Assembly (NCBI RefSeq): GCF_009914755.1
Contig: NC_060926.1
Length of the DNA: 64,000 bases
Reading direction: 5' to 3' (one strand)
DNA from: the human T2T-CHM13v2.0 reference genome, Homo sapiens
Positions 1 to 14,920 of the stretch are shown here, piece by piece. Numbering within the stretch: the stretch's first letter is position 1; each line of letters starts with the position of its first letter. Both the position numbers and the translations under genes were made by a program. The notes below the pieces were generated by a model that worked only from the letters and a program-made list of their open reading frames with translations, had not been told where the DNA came from and did no database searches.

Positions 1-232
1 AAGAGCAGGTTGTTAAAAAGAGTTTGCTTCATCTGTTTCTCTCTCTTGCTTTCTCTCTTGTCTTGCAATCTCTGCACATGCCTGCCCCTCTTCCATTATC
101 TTCCATGAGTGGAATCAGCCTGAGGACCTCAACAGATGCACCTGCCCAATCTTAAACTTTCCAGCAATCTGAATTGTGAGCCAAATAATTTTTTTATAAA
201 TTATCCAGCTTCAAGTATTATACCAACAAAAA
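1..232 (+). mobile_element. MaLR LTR 3' part (MSTD/MLT1A-like), cut by window start
   Basis: 'cagatgca...aactttccagcaatctgaattgtgagccaaataa...ataaattatccagcttcaagtatt' resembles the MST/MLT1A LTR 3' half. Confidence 0.7.
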
Positions 233-369
233 AAAGGTAAGCAACAAAAAATCAAGTGAGACAAAAAGTCTCCATAGTTCTTGATACCATGAAACATACA
301 AAGGAAGAATTAGGAAGATACAAAGGGAAGACAAGGGCTTCAAGGACACTTTTACAGGTGATATATACA

Positions 370-527
370 TATAGACTCTCAACTGTGATTATGATTTTAC
401 AGGTATATGCATATGCTCAAACTAATCTAATTGTATACATACATTTAGTTTTATATGTTTGATATGTGAAGTTCTGAATATCAATCATACATCGATAAAG
501 CTGCTTAAAAAATAAAAATAAAAAATA
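370..527 (+). mobile_element. old L1M (L1MC/ME-like) 3' end with A-rich tail
   Basis: 'tttacaggtatatgcatatgctcaaactaatctaattgtatac...tcaatcatacatcgataaagctg' followed by an A-rich tail. Confidence 0.6.
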
Positions 528-1503
528 GAAGCATACAACAAGTCAACTGGCACTTAAATTAGATAGTGGAATTCTGTGTGTCACTTAATCTTTATCACTT
601 ATTTTAAATTTAAAGTCATATTATTGTCTGTATCTAGACCAAGAACTTTTCATAAGACAAGATGTACTATTACATCTTGTATATATAAATGTATATATAA
701 AAATTCAGCAGAGAACATTTATCATGTATCTATTTCCTATAGACTTCTGGACATTTGGAGGTATTTTAGAAAAAATATAATAGTCACAAACTCAATTCAA
801 AAGAAGTTATTATTCATTAAAAAACTCTCCTATTTTTTCCATGTGGCATGGTAATTTAGTTTGTATCAAGAAGCTCTGATATAGGGTCCATTTACTTCAT
901 CAAGCATCTAACTAGCATCTAAAAATGGATGCTTTCTGTCCTTCACACAATTGAACTTATCTGTGGCAACCGTCAATCTTCCTAAGGTGGCTCCCAGGAG
1001 ACTACCAATCGTCACACAAAGCAGAGCCCCAGAAGTCTTTGTGTGCTACTAACTGATCAGATTATGTTATTTATTCCTGTCATTCTCCATTTCTTTCACT
1101 GCTACTGACCGTATAATAGGCTGGCAGACAGCTCTGCATTTATCACTCCTCCATCTATAAGAAAAAGGATCATAATTTAGAGTAACTCATGTAACTGGTA
1201 CGATGAATTTCACAGGGGTTTGCTTGACTCCGTTTTACTGATTCTAACATTCATATTGGTCTGAACCACCCCTTTATTCCTAGGAACTTTTCAGTGTATG
1301 TGGAGGATCTTCATATTTTCTTATGCAACACAAGCCAAGTCTCCACGATGTGCATGAAAAATTATAATATATCTCTATTGTTGTTTTTTTTTGTGTTTAA
1401 CTCAGTGAGCTATATAAATTTTTTTCATTTGAAGATAATATTCTATTTTTTTAAGCTGAAGAAACTTCAAACTACAACTTGTGAAATGTTATTACTTCAG
1501 TGA

Positions 1504-1820
<317 letters not shown>

Positions 1821-2343
1821 GACATTATTTTTTATATCGTAATTGCTCTCCAGAGCTTTATACAAGGTGTGCATAATTACCCACTATGTATACTTCTCCT
1901 GTTATAATTTTTATGGCCAACGTGATCAACATGTGCAAATTGCATGTATCAGTCTGATTCCTTAACTGTGATAATTGGATTCTCCATGCAATTAATTACA
2001 GGTAGCAATGACGTTTTGAGCACCTTATACGGGTGCTGGACAGTTTTGTTTTGTTTTAGTTTTGTTTTCTAAATATGAAATAGCATTAAGAAAGTCTAAG
2101 TTCTTGGAGCCACACCAGATTATAGGGGTGCCTTTCAACAGTAAATAGCAATTTTCATTGTCACACCAACCACCTCAGGACAAGGAAATCCCCAGAGGAG
2201 ATTCAATGTTTTTAACTTTATAAGCCAAGAAATTAAACATCTCTTTATTACTAAGTGATGTTCATTGGTGTTGGATTAGAATGTGATACAGTTTGAGTGG
2301 TGTATACACTCTGGGGTATCATGAACAGTGACTGCCCAACTAC

Positions 2344-2385
2344 AAAAAAAAAAAAAAAAAAAAAAAAAGGAAAAAGAAAAAAAAA
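2344..2385 (+). repeat. poly(A)/A-rich tract with no recognisable retroelement body
   Basis: run of about 25 A followed by ggaaaaagaaaaaaaaa. Confidence 0.9.
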
Positions 2386-2465
2386 GGAGTTTAATCCATT
2401 CTACATGATCAGGTAATCAGGAATCAGACTCTGCATGCTTAAAGCCAAAATATGCCTTCCAAATA

Positions 2466-2508
2466 TGTGCATGTGTGTGTGTGTGTTTGTGGGTGAGTGA
2501 GTGTGTGA
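2466..2508. repeat. (TG)n-rich microsatellite
   Basis: tgtgcatgtgtgtgtgtgtgtttgtgggtgagtgagtgtgtgag. Confidence 0.85.
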
Positions 2509-2635
2509 GCCACTTCTGAGCAAAGTGGCGGACTGGATGGTTGATCTACTTATCCACTTATGGCCACATTAATTATACTTCAACCCCTTGTTTTGTTCAT
2601 GTGTGCCAGGAAATGCAATGAGTCAATATACTTAC

Positions 2636-2671
2636 TGAGATTGCAGAAGAGACTGAACACGGCGCTAGGCT
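2636..2671 (-). other. candidate 36-nt cassette exon of an unidentified minus-strand host gene
   Basis: minus strand reads cctttcttctttttcatctttctcttcag|AGCCTAGCGCCGTGTTCAGTCTCTTCTGCAATCTCA|gtaagtat; length is a multiple of 3; two open frames; 2 CpGs; non-repetitive context. Confidence 0.45.
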
Positions 2672-4359
2672 CTGAAGAGAAAGATGAAAAAGAAGAAAGG
2701 TGTGATTTACCTTGATAAAGAATGGTGACAATTGTATAGGGTTTTTGTTAAAAATTAAATGGCAGAATACACGTACAGCACTAACATCATGTCTACCAAA
2801 TACCAGGCAGTTGATAATGACAGGAGCTGGTGTTATTAAGGAAAATGACATCATAGAGGAGATAGACACAGATGTTGGTGTTTGCATACCAACCAAAAAT
2901 AATGTGCAGCTTGATACTGTGAAAACGGGTATGTAATATAGTTAGGAAATGGCATAGAAAAAGACCAGCCACATGTATACCTTGAGAATTTTTGATTTTT
3001 GTTGAGGGTGCTGTGACAAATGTGAAGGATACTCATTTAATTCATTTTTAACTTGGAATTCAGAGTGCAATTTTGGCTAGGCTCATTTCTTAAAGTAATG
3101 GGAAAATACACACCCAGCTTGTAATGCCCTTTCGCCTCATTACTCATGTATCTTTATCCCTCTGGTAAATGTCAGACAGTAAAATCAAAAATACAGTTCG
3201 TTTGGTGTGTAAGATACAGCCAGGCATGATTCTGTGTGTCTGAGGGAGGCACTGCTGTTCTTCAGTTCACTCTGTCCCCTTTTCACGCATTTTCAACGGG
3301 TCCAATTCCCAATGCAGGTAATATTGGCTGTCCTTGTCTGAGGGTGGTCATGCAATCCCTTGACAGAAGTGAGATTAAGGAATATTTGACCTGCATGCCG
3401 GGGAACTGATGGTATTTCTGTCGACATACTCATCTTTTATGGGAGAACTTCAATTCCCCAATCAATGACTGTTCTTGTCTTATGCTTTTCATAACAAGAA
3501 AGGTTAGCAGAAAACGAGAGACCTGTGAGAGTTAGTCATTTTCACAGAGTTCCTATGATACAGTGGGTATAATAAAAGCAGATACAGAAGCAATACTAAT
3601 TGTTGTTTTCTGCATTTCAACAAAGATTGAATTACAGCATCAAGACAATGATAAATTACTTGGTTTCATCTTTAAATGTTTCTGTCTTTTGAAAGACTGA
3701 GATTTCTGTTTCTGTTTTTCAGAGCATACTTAAAAGGTGATTATTAAAGCTGCAGGCATTGCTAGATATTAGTAGTCTACTCATCTACTAGTCTGCAGAT
3801 GTCCTTAGTATTATCCTACACAAAAATGAGATCAGTGAGCAATAATAATTCTCTGGCTTAGAATTTGCAACATAAAGGCGACTTCTATACTTATTATTTT
3901 TGCCCAAATGAAACAAGTGGCCAAATAATTCATTGCAGTGTCTCTGGTCTTTTTCTTTCTACAGTGCTCCTGAGTATATGACTACTTGTACTTGCTAGCA
4001 CTGAGGCAAGTACAAACTCTAGGCATCAGGCTTTTGGTCTCACTCTTAGCGAATTTGAACACTGGCTTTTTTGTTGGGCTTCCATTCTTCTCTCAGCGCA
4101 AGAATACCAACGTTTATGACCCAGGAAGCACCAACTTATACTTCACAGAGCTAAGGTAAGGATACGTTTAGTCAATATAGTTCTCATATCTGCCAAATCA
4201 GTTAAAGTGTGTTCTGCAGATGAAACTACCAATCCATTGTCTTTTGTACTTGTCTACCATGAAAACTTTTGTCATGTCAGTTAATTATCTTGTACAGCAT
4301 GCTGTGGCCCTGATGACATACTGGACCCAGACACTACTCAATATGTGAAGCAGTGATAT

Positions 4360-4830
4360 ATAATACAATTGATTAAGAAGTATCTATATTGTGCTTAGCT
4401 TCTTGCCAGACACTAGGAGGGTATGAGAAATATAAGACATGAATCTTGCCCCCCAAAAGTTTTTAATTTCATTAAGAACTCTGACCCTAATGAAGTAACT
4501 ACAGATAATCCAGACTGCATTTTAAAAAGGTGGTTCATACACTAGAGTTACACAGGGTTATAGTACTTTCAGAGTTCAAGGAATGAACAATTAATAGTCC
4601 ATTGGGATAAAGTAATGATGTGAACAGATGAGCGCAGAAAATGAAGATTTGGAAGAATAAATAAGTACATCTTGATAGCAAAGATAGGGACCAATTATAG
4701 TGGTCTCTGAATTCCAATACAGCACATAATCTGAGCTTGTGAAGACTTCTGAGCCAGAAAGTATAATGTTCAGATTGGTGTGCAGTGACTTTGAATATAG
4801 AGTATATTGTTGAAATGAGAAAAACTTCAC
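4360..4830 (-). mobile_element. L2 fragment (degenerate)
   Basis: 'gccagacactaggagggtatgagaaatataagacatgaatcttgcccc' resembles the antisense L2 3' end; boundaries approximate. Confidence 0.5.
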
Positions 4831-6309
4831 TCCAATTTATGTTTGAAATCAGATAAATCAGGCTTGACCTACCTACAAAAGGTAACAATAAGTACTATCT
4901 CAGTCACAGTGATACTGGGGGAAAGGGTGCTTCGGACTCCCCTTGATTCACATACAAATTCCTGAGTGGAGAGAACGGTTCTAGTCTTTAGTCCATGATG
5001 GTGATTCCCTACTCACTCTTATTCAAGTTTGTGTGGTCCTTTTAAAGTAGCCTGCTACATTCCTGTTCTTCCAATATGATGACATGCTCTTTCTCCTTGG
5101 CTCCAAAACCATGGCCTTTTTGTGTTCTCTCACCTTGGTGAAGATCTGTACTCTATTACGGATCCTTTTGCCATTTGGGGCACTGTGTGGGAGGGGAGAA
5201 CAGTTCAATTCACTCTAGAAAACTGTCAACTCTGATCACTCCATCACCTTGCTAAATGATGTCTCCACTATAGAGCCAGCTCTGCTTTCTTCACCCTAAG
5301 TATTATCATTACCCCATTGGCTTATTTCTTAACAAAAGCTTGGATAGGGAACAGTATTTCCTGGATTTCTCCACATTTCTGCCTATGGCCTTGCTTCATA
5401 GCAATCATTGCTAACCTAACAGCCCAGGATTGGAACAAAAGACTTTTAGGGCTGAACATAAAAACTACCTTCAATTAATTCCCATCTTCAGTATCAAGCA
5501 GAATAGTGTAAAATTAACATCTCAATAATTACCCAGTCACAGGTGTTTAAGCGAGTTAATTCTTGTCAGCAGGATGCCCTGGATGAGGGGCTAGCAGGAA
5601 AGGAGAAAGGGAGTTTAAAGGCTGTGTCATATCCATATCCACAGGTGTCTGCTGAGACACCCACCTAGGATGATGAGAAAGTGACTCTCTAAAACATAAA
5701 TTGATGAGCTACAGTAATAGAAAGAGAGGGCCATATTGCAAGGCTGTAAAAGGTGTGGGTCAAACTTTTAATCTTCTACATTAGATAATAAATATCCTTA
5801 TTAGGAGATCTCATAAAAAAAAGAATTTGACATCCAATCTCCTTGTTATTTCACTTTCCTACTCTCCCCACAGTGATTCCTGCTGTGAGATTGTCAAGCA
5901 AACATGTAAGACTTAGTGACGCACTTGTAGCCTGGAGCAGTAGAGAGCAGTTTCTAACAATCTTTGCAGCTTCCATATGGGAGTTGCAATGATTAGTTTT
6001 TTTTCCTCCGACAAGCTGTATTTAGCATAGAAAAAAAAGTGGCACTATGTTGAAATAGCTGAGAGGAGACAACTTGGGTAACAGGGAGAATGGCATTAGG
6101 TTCGGGAGATGCAAGGAATGTAGATAATGTAAAAAATTGTAAGTATAACCAGCATCAGTTGAGTTTAGATGTGGGGGTGGGAGGAATCAGGAAGTTACTA
6201 ACCACATGATTGCAGAAAATAAGCATAAGAAGTTCGGAATAGATACCTGGAAGGGTGTAAAGCAAACAAGAAAATATGGTTTTTCTACTTACCAAAATGT
6301 CTTCAATAG

Positions 6310-6624
<315 letters not shown>

Positions 6625-6899
6625 TAAATATACTTTATTTTTACCCCAGACCTATAAATGATAACTAACGAAAAATTAAACCATGATATAGAAACATAAT
6701 ATTTACTCTTTGATTAAGCTAATATACTTTAAATTCACACTGTGTTTGTAAATGAGTCTTAATATATACCTGTGATAGTTATTATTTTCCTCTCTGTGGA
6801 TAGCACTCAGTAGAAAGAGAAACGTGGAAAGTGCTACCATGGGAATTCTGAAGCATCGCTCTACTGAGAGCCAGATTGGGGAAGTGGAGTATTCCAAGG

Positions 6900-7380
6900 G
6901 GTGATAGCCATTAGCACTCTTCACAAACATTCTAATTCTCCTTTTTCTGAGCTCATGCAGTGTTGTACCTCCCCACCCACTTTGAAGTTAGCTGTGGCCT
7001 TACTTTGACCAACAAAATATGAGCAGAAGTGCTAGAAATTGCCTGCGTCTCCCTCCAAGAAGCAGTATTTAATTGGCCCTGTGAGGCAATGTAGTGCTCT
7101 GTTCTCCCTACCCAGGTGATGGAAGTCTGTGTTAAGATGAAGCATTGCGCACATGTACCCTAAAAGTATAATAATAATAAAATTAAATAAATAAATAAAT
7201 AAATAAATAATAAAAAATTAAAAAAAAGATGAAGCCTATGTCAACCTGGGTCTACAATGAGCAGAGGCCCATTGGCCCATATTGGATATACAATTAGAGT
7301 GAGAAGTAAATATTTTGTTTTTAGACATGGTAAGATTTGGGGGTTATACTGCAGCATGAAATACTCCATCTTGATTTTTA
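6900..7380 (+). mobile_element. old MaLR LTR (MLT1J/K-like) interrupted by a tiny L1
   Basis: 'ttgaagttagctgtggccttactttgaccaacaaaatatgagcagaagtg' ... 'agatttgggggttatactgcagcat'; boundaries approximate. Confidence 0.65.
7144..7225 (+). mobile_element. extremely 5'-truncated L1PA (about 30 nt of 3' UTR plus A-rich tail)
   Basis: 'attgcgcacatgtaccctaaaagtataataat' then (taaa)n tail; TSD aagatgaagc at 7134-7143 and 7226-7235. Confidence 0.9.
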
Positions 7381-7757
7381 TAGGTGGTCTGCAAAATTTG
7401 CCTTCACATTTGGAAGACTCAAAATCTAATTTTTGAAGGGGTAGAAATTTGAAATTGGAGCAAAACCAAAATGATATCAAAGCAAGGCAGGTCCAGAGTG
7501 TGTGGAGCAGTTCCAAGACAGCATCCTTGAAAGACCCAAGCATCCCAATATGAACTCTCAGAGAAACAGAAGAGTTTTACCAAATATTTTGGCTCACTTT
7601 TAATGATAAAAGCATCAGAATTTGTGTTAGGCTTCAAATATATACATCATTTATGCTTCATGTATTATCTGCAAGTTAGAAGCATTTCAGAGAAAAAAAT
7701 AAGAACTTACCTTAACATTCTATTGGCCACACAGCTTTTCTGAGAAGATTACATTGA

Positions 7758-9035
<1,278 letters not shown>

Positions 9036-11614
9036 AAGTTGGTGAGACATAATGAGAAACTATCTAGATGTTACTGAGTTTATTATCCCTCATAGAATCA
9101 AACAGAAAACTGAATTCTAATGTAACTTTTTTCAATTTTTTAATGAACTTTACTATATGCTGTGAGAATTGTAATAAGAAAATTAGAAATATATTTCTCC
9201 CAGAATTGTGAGTGTCTGACTCTTTTGTAAGACCCAAAATATATCAAGAGTAAGGTGACACTTTCTTGATCTTGGAACTTCAGAATGGGAAATTGAGATG
9301 CCTACAATTTAGGTTGAATTGAATTTCAGAACGAAGTGAACTTCCTTTGGATGAACAATTCTCATTTAAAATGTTAAGCAGCCAATAAGCATTCAAAAGG
9401 CAAGGAAGTTCTCACAGATTCAGTATTGCAATAGCTCTGCTATTTAAAGTGGAAACAAATCTCCACGAATAATGTTTGAAAGACTGAGAGGACAATCTCT
9501 AAACATGAAGCCACATAGCTATTGTTTTAGATTTGAGATTCCTTAGAAATACTGAACAAATAGATGTCAGTCTCTGTGCCTAGTGAGTTGGGTACAGCAA
9601 GACATGATATTTGACTTATGTTTATAACACCTAAAGCACTGGTGAACTAAAAAAAGTTCCATAAAACATAGAATATATCCAGTGTTCCTGGAAAAAAAAA
9701 TACCAACACCAAATCAAAAACTAATACCAAATAAAAGCAAAACCATCCCAAGACAATCTTACTCGTTCTTTGAATAAGTTTAGGACTTGTCTATTCAATT
9801 AAAATATCTGATCCAGGTTTCTTATGGCTCACTGCTACATTGCTTAGTTCCAAGCATATCTTATAGGAAGAGGCAGACGGATTATCTTTTTTTTTTAAAT
9901 ATGTGTAATGAACATGTAAAGGATGATGATAAGACTAAAGAATGTTACGTATGTGTGGAGTGAGTGTACACTGGTGATTTTGGTCTTGGCTCATGGATTA
10001 CATCTTTTATAGCTTAATAGGTAAGCACATTTGGACTAACAAAAGAAGACGCTTTAGTTTTATAGTAGTTGATGTACCATCTTTGGCTTTCTTTCCTAAG
10101 GGCCAGGGCCTGCATAGGACGACTGCACAGTGCAACTTGCGCATATAAATCACAGCCTGCCACCTGTTATTTAATAGCTAGCACTGCTGACTCAATAACA
10201 GTAAGATTCTGTAAAATTGTTCCCTCCAGCCCTGGGTGTTCCCCATAGAGGTAATTGTCTAGAAAATAAATTTCCTGGAAAAAGAACAAGAAGTTACAGA
10301 CCTAGGAACATCTTTTAATGTCTCAGAAGTTAACTTTCAACCATGCTGATGTGTCTGGTTCCTCATTCTTTAGAGTTACTGTAAATTTTCAACACACATA
10401 AGTGGATTTACGTAATTTGTTTTCAAGTAAAGGACTCTGAAATACCCATCAAGCATCTATAATGATTGCAGAGGCTACTGATTACTTAGACTTTCATTTT
10501 TGTTTTCCTTTCCAGCAGGTTTGTCAGCATCCAAGTAATATATCAGATACAAGAAAAAAAAACACCATTGCAAAACCAATTTGCTAAGGGGCTTGTAAAA
10601 TTCAGCTTTAAAAAGTTACTGAGGCATCAAAGTAAAGTACCAAAGAGCCAGATATTTTGATCAGTTTCTCAAGGTCAAACACATTACTAATTCATCAAAT
10701 ATTTCTTTCTGCTAAAGTTATTTGAAAAGCAAACAACCTGTTCTGTGCAGATGTTGCACTTAATAACCCTAATACTTTAAGAAAAAAGGCAGTGAGAGAA
10801 CAAACAGAATTTTCTACTGTTGTAAGAAATATCTTCCTTGGTTTGCAAAACACTTGCATCATTAATAAATATGTTGAATACTTTTAATAATAGGACCTGA
10901 GAAATTTTGATTGTCGTAGTTTTAGCTGATTGTCTCTAATGTCAGTTATATATGCTAACTTAGAGGACAAACAATTACAAATTAATTATAATTATAGACT
11001 CAATTGAACCCTCTTTCTGTCTAAGATATCCTGATTGCCTTTGTCTTGGAAATAGAAGTTGCCCAATGTATGCCTTTGTATAGATGAGTCCTGACTGATC
11101 TGGCCTCTAAAGTGGAAAAATAACTCAGCAATGAAGTCTGGACACCTATTACTACTTTTTCAGTAACAAGTTTCTCGGATCCTGGCCATGGGACTTCTCC
11201 TCTTTGGCCTTACAAAACGTGGCCTTAGGAATTGAGGATGCAAACATCTCATTTGGTTCTAAAGTTTATCTTTTTCTCTTTAAATTTATTCAGAAATATT
11301 GTATAACGGTTTTACACTCTACATGTAATAGAAAAACTTTTGTAGGTATTCTGCTCAAGAAATGACTTCCAAAGGGAAGTTAGCATAAATTATTGAGTAG
11401 ATGCCACCATTTTGCATGCCAAAATCGAAGGAGGCCTTAACTTGAGAAACAAACATCATGATCTGAGACAACAGTGGGCCACAAGTATTTATCTTCTGCA
11501 GCTTAATCTACTCACATATTGATGTGGGGTTGCTCTACCACCAACCTACATAAACGAATTCTGATTGTCTAATCAACAGGTTGAAAATATGCATGAGAAT
11601 GAAGGGTAAGTACA

Positions 11615-11728
11615 GAAGCTTAAGGAAAGAAGAAGGAGAAAAAGGAGGAGAAGGAAGAAGAACTAGTAGAAATAGCAGTAAAAGTAGTAGCAGTGGTGGT
11701 AGTGGTGGTGGTGGTGGTGGTGGTCGTG
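11615..11728. repeat. GA-rich low complexity followed by (TAG/TGG)n trinucleotide repeat
   Basis: gaagaaggagaaaaggaggagaagg...gtagtagcagtggtggtagtggtggtggtggtggtgg. Confidence 0.9.
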
Positions 11729-12425
11729 TGAATGATCCCTCCTGATGTCTAGAAAGTATGAAAGGTACAAGCTATAGTAGAGCTTTTGTATCCCTAGCAG
11801 GAATAAGAGGAGCATTATTGCCTTTCTTATTCTAAGTGTTGTCGCAATCATATGAAGGTGGCACTGGGCTATGCCTGTAAGAACACTTGGCAAGGGAAAG
11901 TCACAAGGTCACCCATAAGTCATGACATGAAATGTAGTTTTAGTGCAAAGTCCAACCCTATAAGAAAATTGAGAGAAACTAATCACTTAATAGGGCTGAC
12001 TTCATTGAATTTTTTGAACCACAGTATAAGGCAAATGGATAAACTATTCCTCATGTTAGACTACACTAGAGAGTGGACCTTTTACAGTGATGCCCGTGAC
12101 TAAATGGCAGATGCTTAGCAGGTCCTCTCAATACCTTGGCTCTAGCCTAATGAGTTAAAATCCACTTCTAAATCAGTTTCAGTGAGGTGAGTCTATCTGG
12201 TAGTGTAGTCCCCCTGGAGCAGGTGTCAGGCAAGGATGCCAGCAGGTGGCTAGATGGGCACTGAGACAACAGGACTGGATTTGAAGTCAAGCGGATATTG
12301 ATATTCAATCTTCTCAAACACCATGGAGCTCCAGTGTAACTGATTCCCTTCTTGTCAGGCTTTCCTTCAGGTAAAATCAAAGGAGGTGCCAAAAACAATT
12401 TTCTCGCCCAATTAGTTTTTGATCA

Positions 12426-12779
12426 TGTATTAGTCCGGACTCTTGCTGCTAATAAAGATACACCCAAGACTGGGTAATTTATAAAGAAAAAGAAGTTTAA
12501 TGGACTCACAGTTCCACATGGCTGGGGAGGACTCAAAATCATGGCAGAAGGTGAAGGGGTAGCAAAGGTATGTCTTACACAGGCTAGAGTGCATGTGCGG
12601 GGGAACTGCCCTTTATAAAATCATCAGATCTCATAAGACTTATTCATTATCATGAGAACAGGAGAAACCCACCCCCATGATTCATTTACCTCCCACTGGT
12701 TCCCTCCCATGACATGTGGGGATTATGGGAGCTACCATTCAAGATGAGATTTGGGTGGGGACACAGCTAAACCATATCA
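12426..12779 (-). mobile_element. THE1 (THE1C/D-like) solo LTR
   Basis: tgtattagtcc...gagatttgggtggggacacagctaaaccatatca; perfect 5-bp TSD gatca at 12421-12425 and 12780-12784. Confidence 0.93.
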
Positions 12780-12976
12780 GATCACATGTAAAATAATATC
12801 ATCAATGGTAGAACTGGAAAAAAGTGTGCATATACTAAAAATATTGCTGATAATTTCCTTGCGTTATTCACCACTTCCTGCCCAGAACAAGAAACGTGGA
12901 CATGCTGATTGGAAGAGCCAGTGGGAGGGTAGGCAGTGCCCAGGGATTAGACACTAAACAAATATCTACTAACTGC

Positions 12977-13561
12977 TATATTAGTTAGGGTTCTCCAGAG
13001 GGACAGAACTAATAGGATACATGTGTATATAATAGGGAGTTTATTAAGCAGAATTGGCTCACGTGATTACAAGGTAAACTCCCATGATAGGCTGTCTGCA
13101 AGCTGAGGAAGAAAGAAGCCAGTAGTGGCTCAGTCTAAGTCCAAAACCCTCAAAAGTAGGGAAACCAACAGTGCAGACTTTAGTCTGTGGCTGAAGTCCT
13201 GAGAGCCCCCGGCAAACCACTGGTGTAAGTCCAAGAGTCCAAAGGCTGAAGAACGTGGAACCTGATGTCCAAGGGCAGAAGGGACAGATGGAAGCATCCA
13301 ACACAGGAGAAAGACAAAAGCCAGAAGACTCAGCAAGCCAGCTTATCCCACCTTCTTCCTCCTACTTTGTTCTAGCTGCACTGGCAGCCAATTGAATGGT
13401 GCCCACCCATATTGAGGGTGGGTTTTCCTCTCCCGGTCCACTGACTCAAATGTTAATTTCCTCTGGCAACACCCTCACAGACACACCCAGAGACAATACT
13501 TTACCACCCACCTATGCATCCTTCAATCCAATCAAGTTGACACCTAATATTAACCATCACA
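12977..13561 (-). mobile_element. MLT2A (ERVL) solo LTR
   Basis: 'tattagttagggttctccagagggacagaactaatagg...caagttgacacctaatattaaccatcaca'; TSD actgc/tctgc. Confidence 0.92.
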
Positions 13562-14392
13562 TCTGCCCACTGGAGAAATTGATCCCACCAAACCATTGCT
13601 TCACAGAAACAGATATTTTTCACTTAAATTCTGTGCAAAAAAACCCCACAAAAAATAAAAACGAAAACAAAATCTTACTTTAAGCTGCTTTATGAGGCTA
13701 TTGTCTGGAAATCAGTGCTCGCCTTTGTCTTTGTATGAAAGATCCTCAAGGGCATGGATTATGGATGCATCTTGTTTTGTATATCACCTGTCACCTTGCC
13801 ACAAGAAAACAGGACATGCATTTTCAATGATGATAATAGCAAAGCCACCTACACCTGGTGTGCAGAAATTTTGACTACATGCTTTAAGCAGAATTCAGGG
13901 GAGCAGTTTCCAGATTGCTATGCCTGAAGTTTTACTGTGCAAAGGGTAAATATTCACAGGTGCCATGGAATTCAATACAAGGTAAATGATCATAATCCAT
14001 TCGGCTTCAAATCTCTCTGGGTTTACTGTCTCTGATGAACCTGACAGAATCAAGAATTTGTGTGTATTGCAGACTTAATCTACATTCAGGGTTATCTTTC
14101 TTTGTGTCTGGCTAAGGCAGATATCTATTTTCAACAGACTCTGGCCAGCATTCTCCATTATTTCTTATAGCAGATTCTATTTACTGTCAGTGACATTTGA
14201 ATGTAACATCTAGATAGGGGCTGCGGAAGTGTAATCCACATTATCCTAATGGCAGTCCTGAAATTGCAGAAGAGGAGTGTGATAAGTGTTACATTACAGA
14301 GAGGAGAGACAACAAGTACTGTGAGTGACACCGACAGGCATTAAGGCATTCTTCTTCTTAGTGTTCCTTCCCAATAGGGGCGGTCTTGAGTC

Positions 14393-14695
14393 TTTTTGGT
14401 TTTTTGTTTTGAGATAGGGCCTTGCTCTGTAGCCCAGGCTGGAGTGCAGTGGCACGACCAGAGCTCACTGCAGCCTCAATCTCCTGAGCTCAATAGATCC
14501 TGCCTCTGCAGCCTCCCAAGTAGCTGAAACTACAGACACATGCACCACCATGTCCAGCTAATTTTTGTATCTTTTTGCAGAAACAGCATTTCGCCATGTC
14601 ACGCAGGCTGGTCTTCAACTCCTGGACTCAAGCTATCCACGGGCCTCGGCCTCCCAAAGTGCTAGGATTACAGGCATGAGCCACTATGTCCGGCT
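14393..14695 (-). mobile_element. AluJ
   Basis: 'gagatagggccttgctctgtagcccaggctggagtgcagtgg...ctcactgcagcctcaatctcctgagctcaa...gagccactatgtccggc'. Confidence 0.93.
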
Positions 14696-14920
14696 TGGAG
14701 TTTTTAGTCTCATCAAACCAACTCACCCAAATGTCCCTTGGTGACAAAAAGTTTTCTGAAAGATTAAGTAATCTTTGTTTCCCAAGCCTGACAAAATAAA
14801 AAGTTTTCTGTCTCTCTCTTTCTCTTTTGCACTGTTTCTCTTTAAGTCTTGTTAGAATACAGAACTGTAGACATTTAGACAGAGCCAGGGTCATTGTCTT
14901 GACTGGCCCACTGACCAGAT

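Noticed and set aside
2712-2936. 74-aa plus-strand ORF (…GVIKENDIIEEIDTDVG…)
   Set aside because: Starts at TTG, has no recognisable domain, and its length is within chance expectation
10490-11612. Isolated strong splice-like sites (acceptor near 10518, donor near 11606; minus-strand donors near 7708 and 16108)
   Set aside because: No partner site at exon distance with an open frame; expected by chance in 64 kb
11663-11893. ORF with a poly-histidine tract
   Set aside because: Translation of a (TGG)n microsatellite
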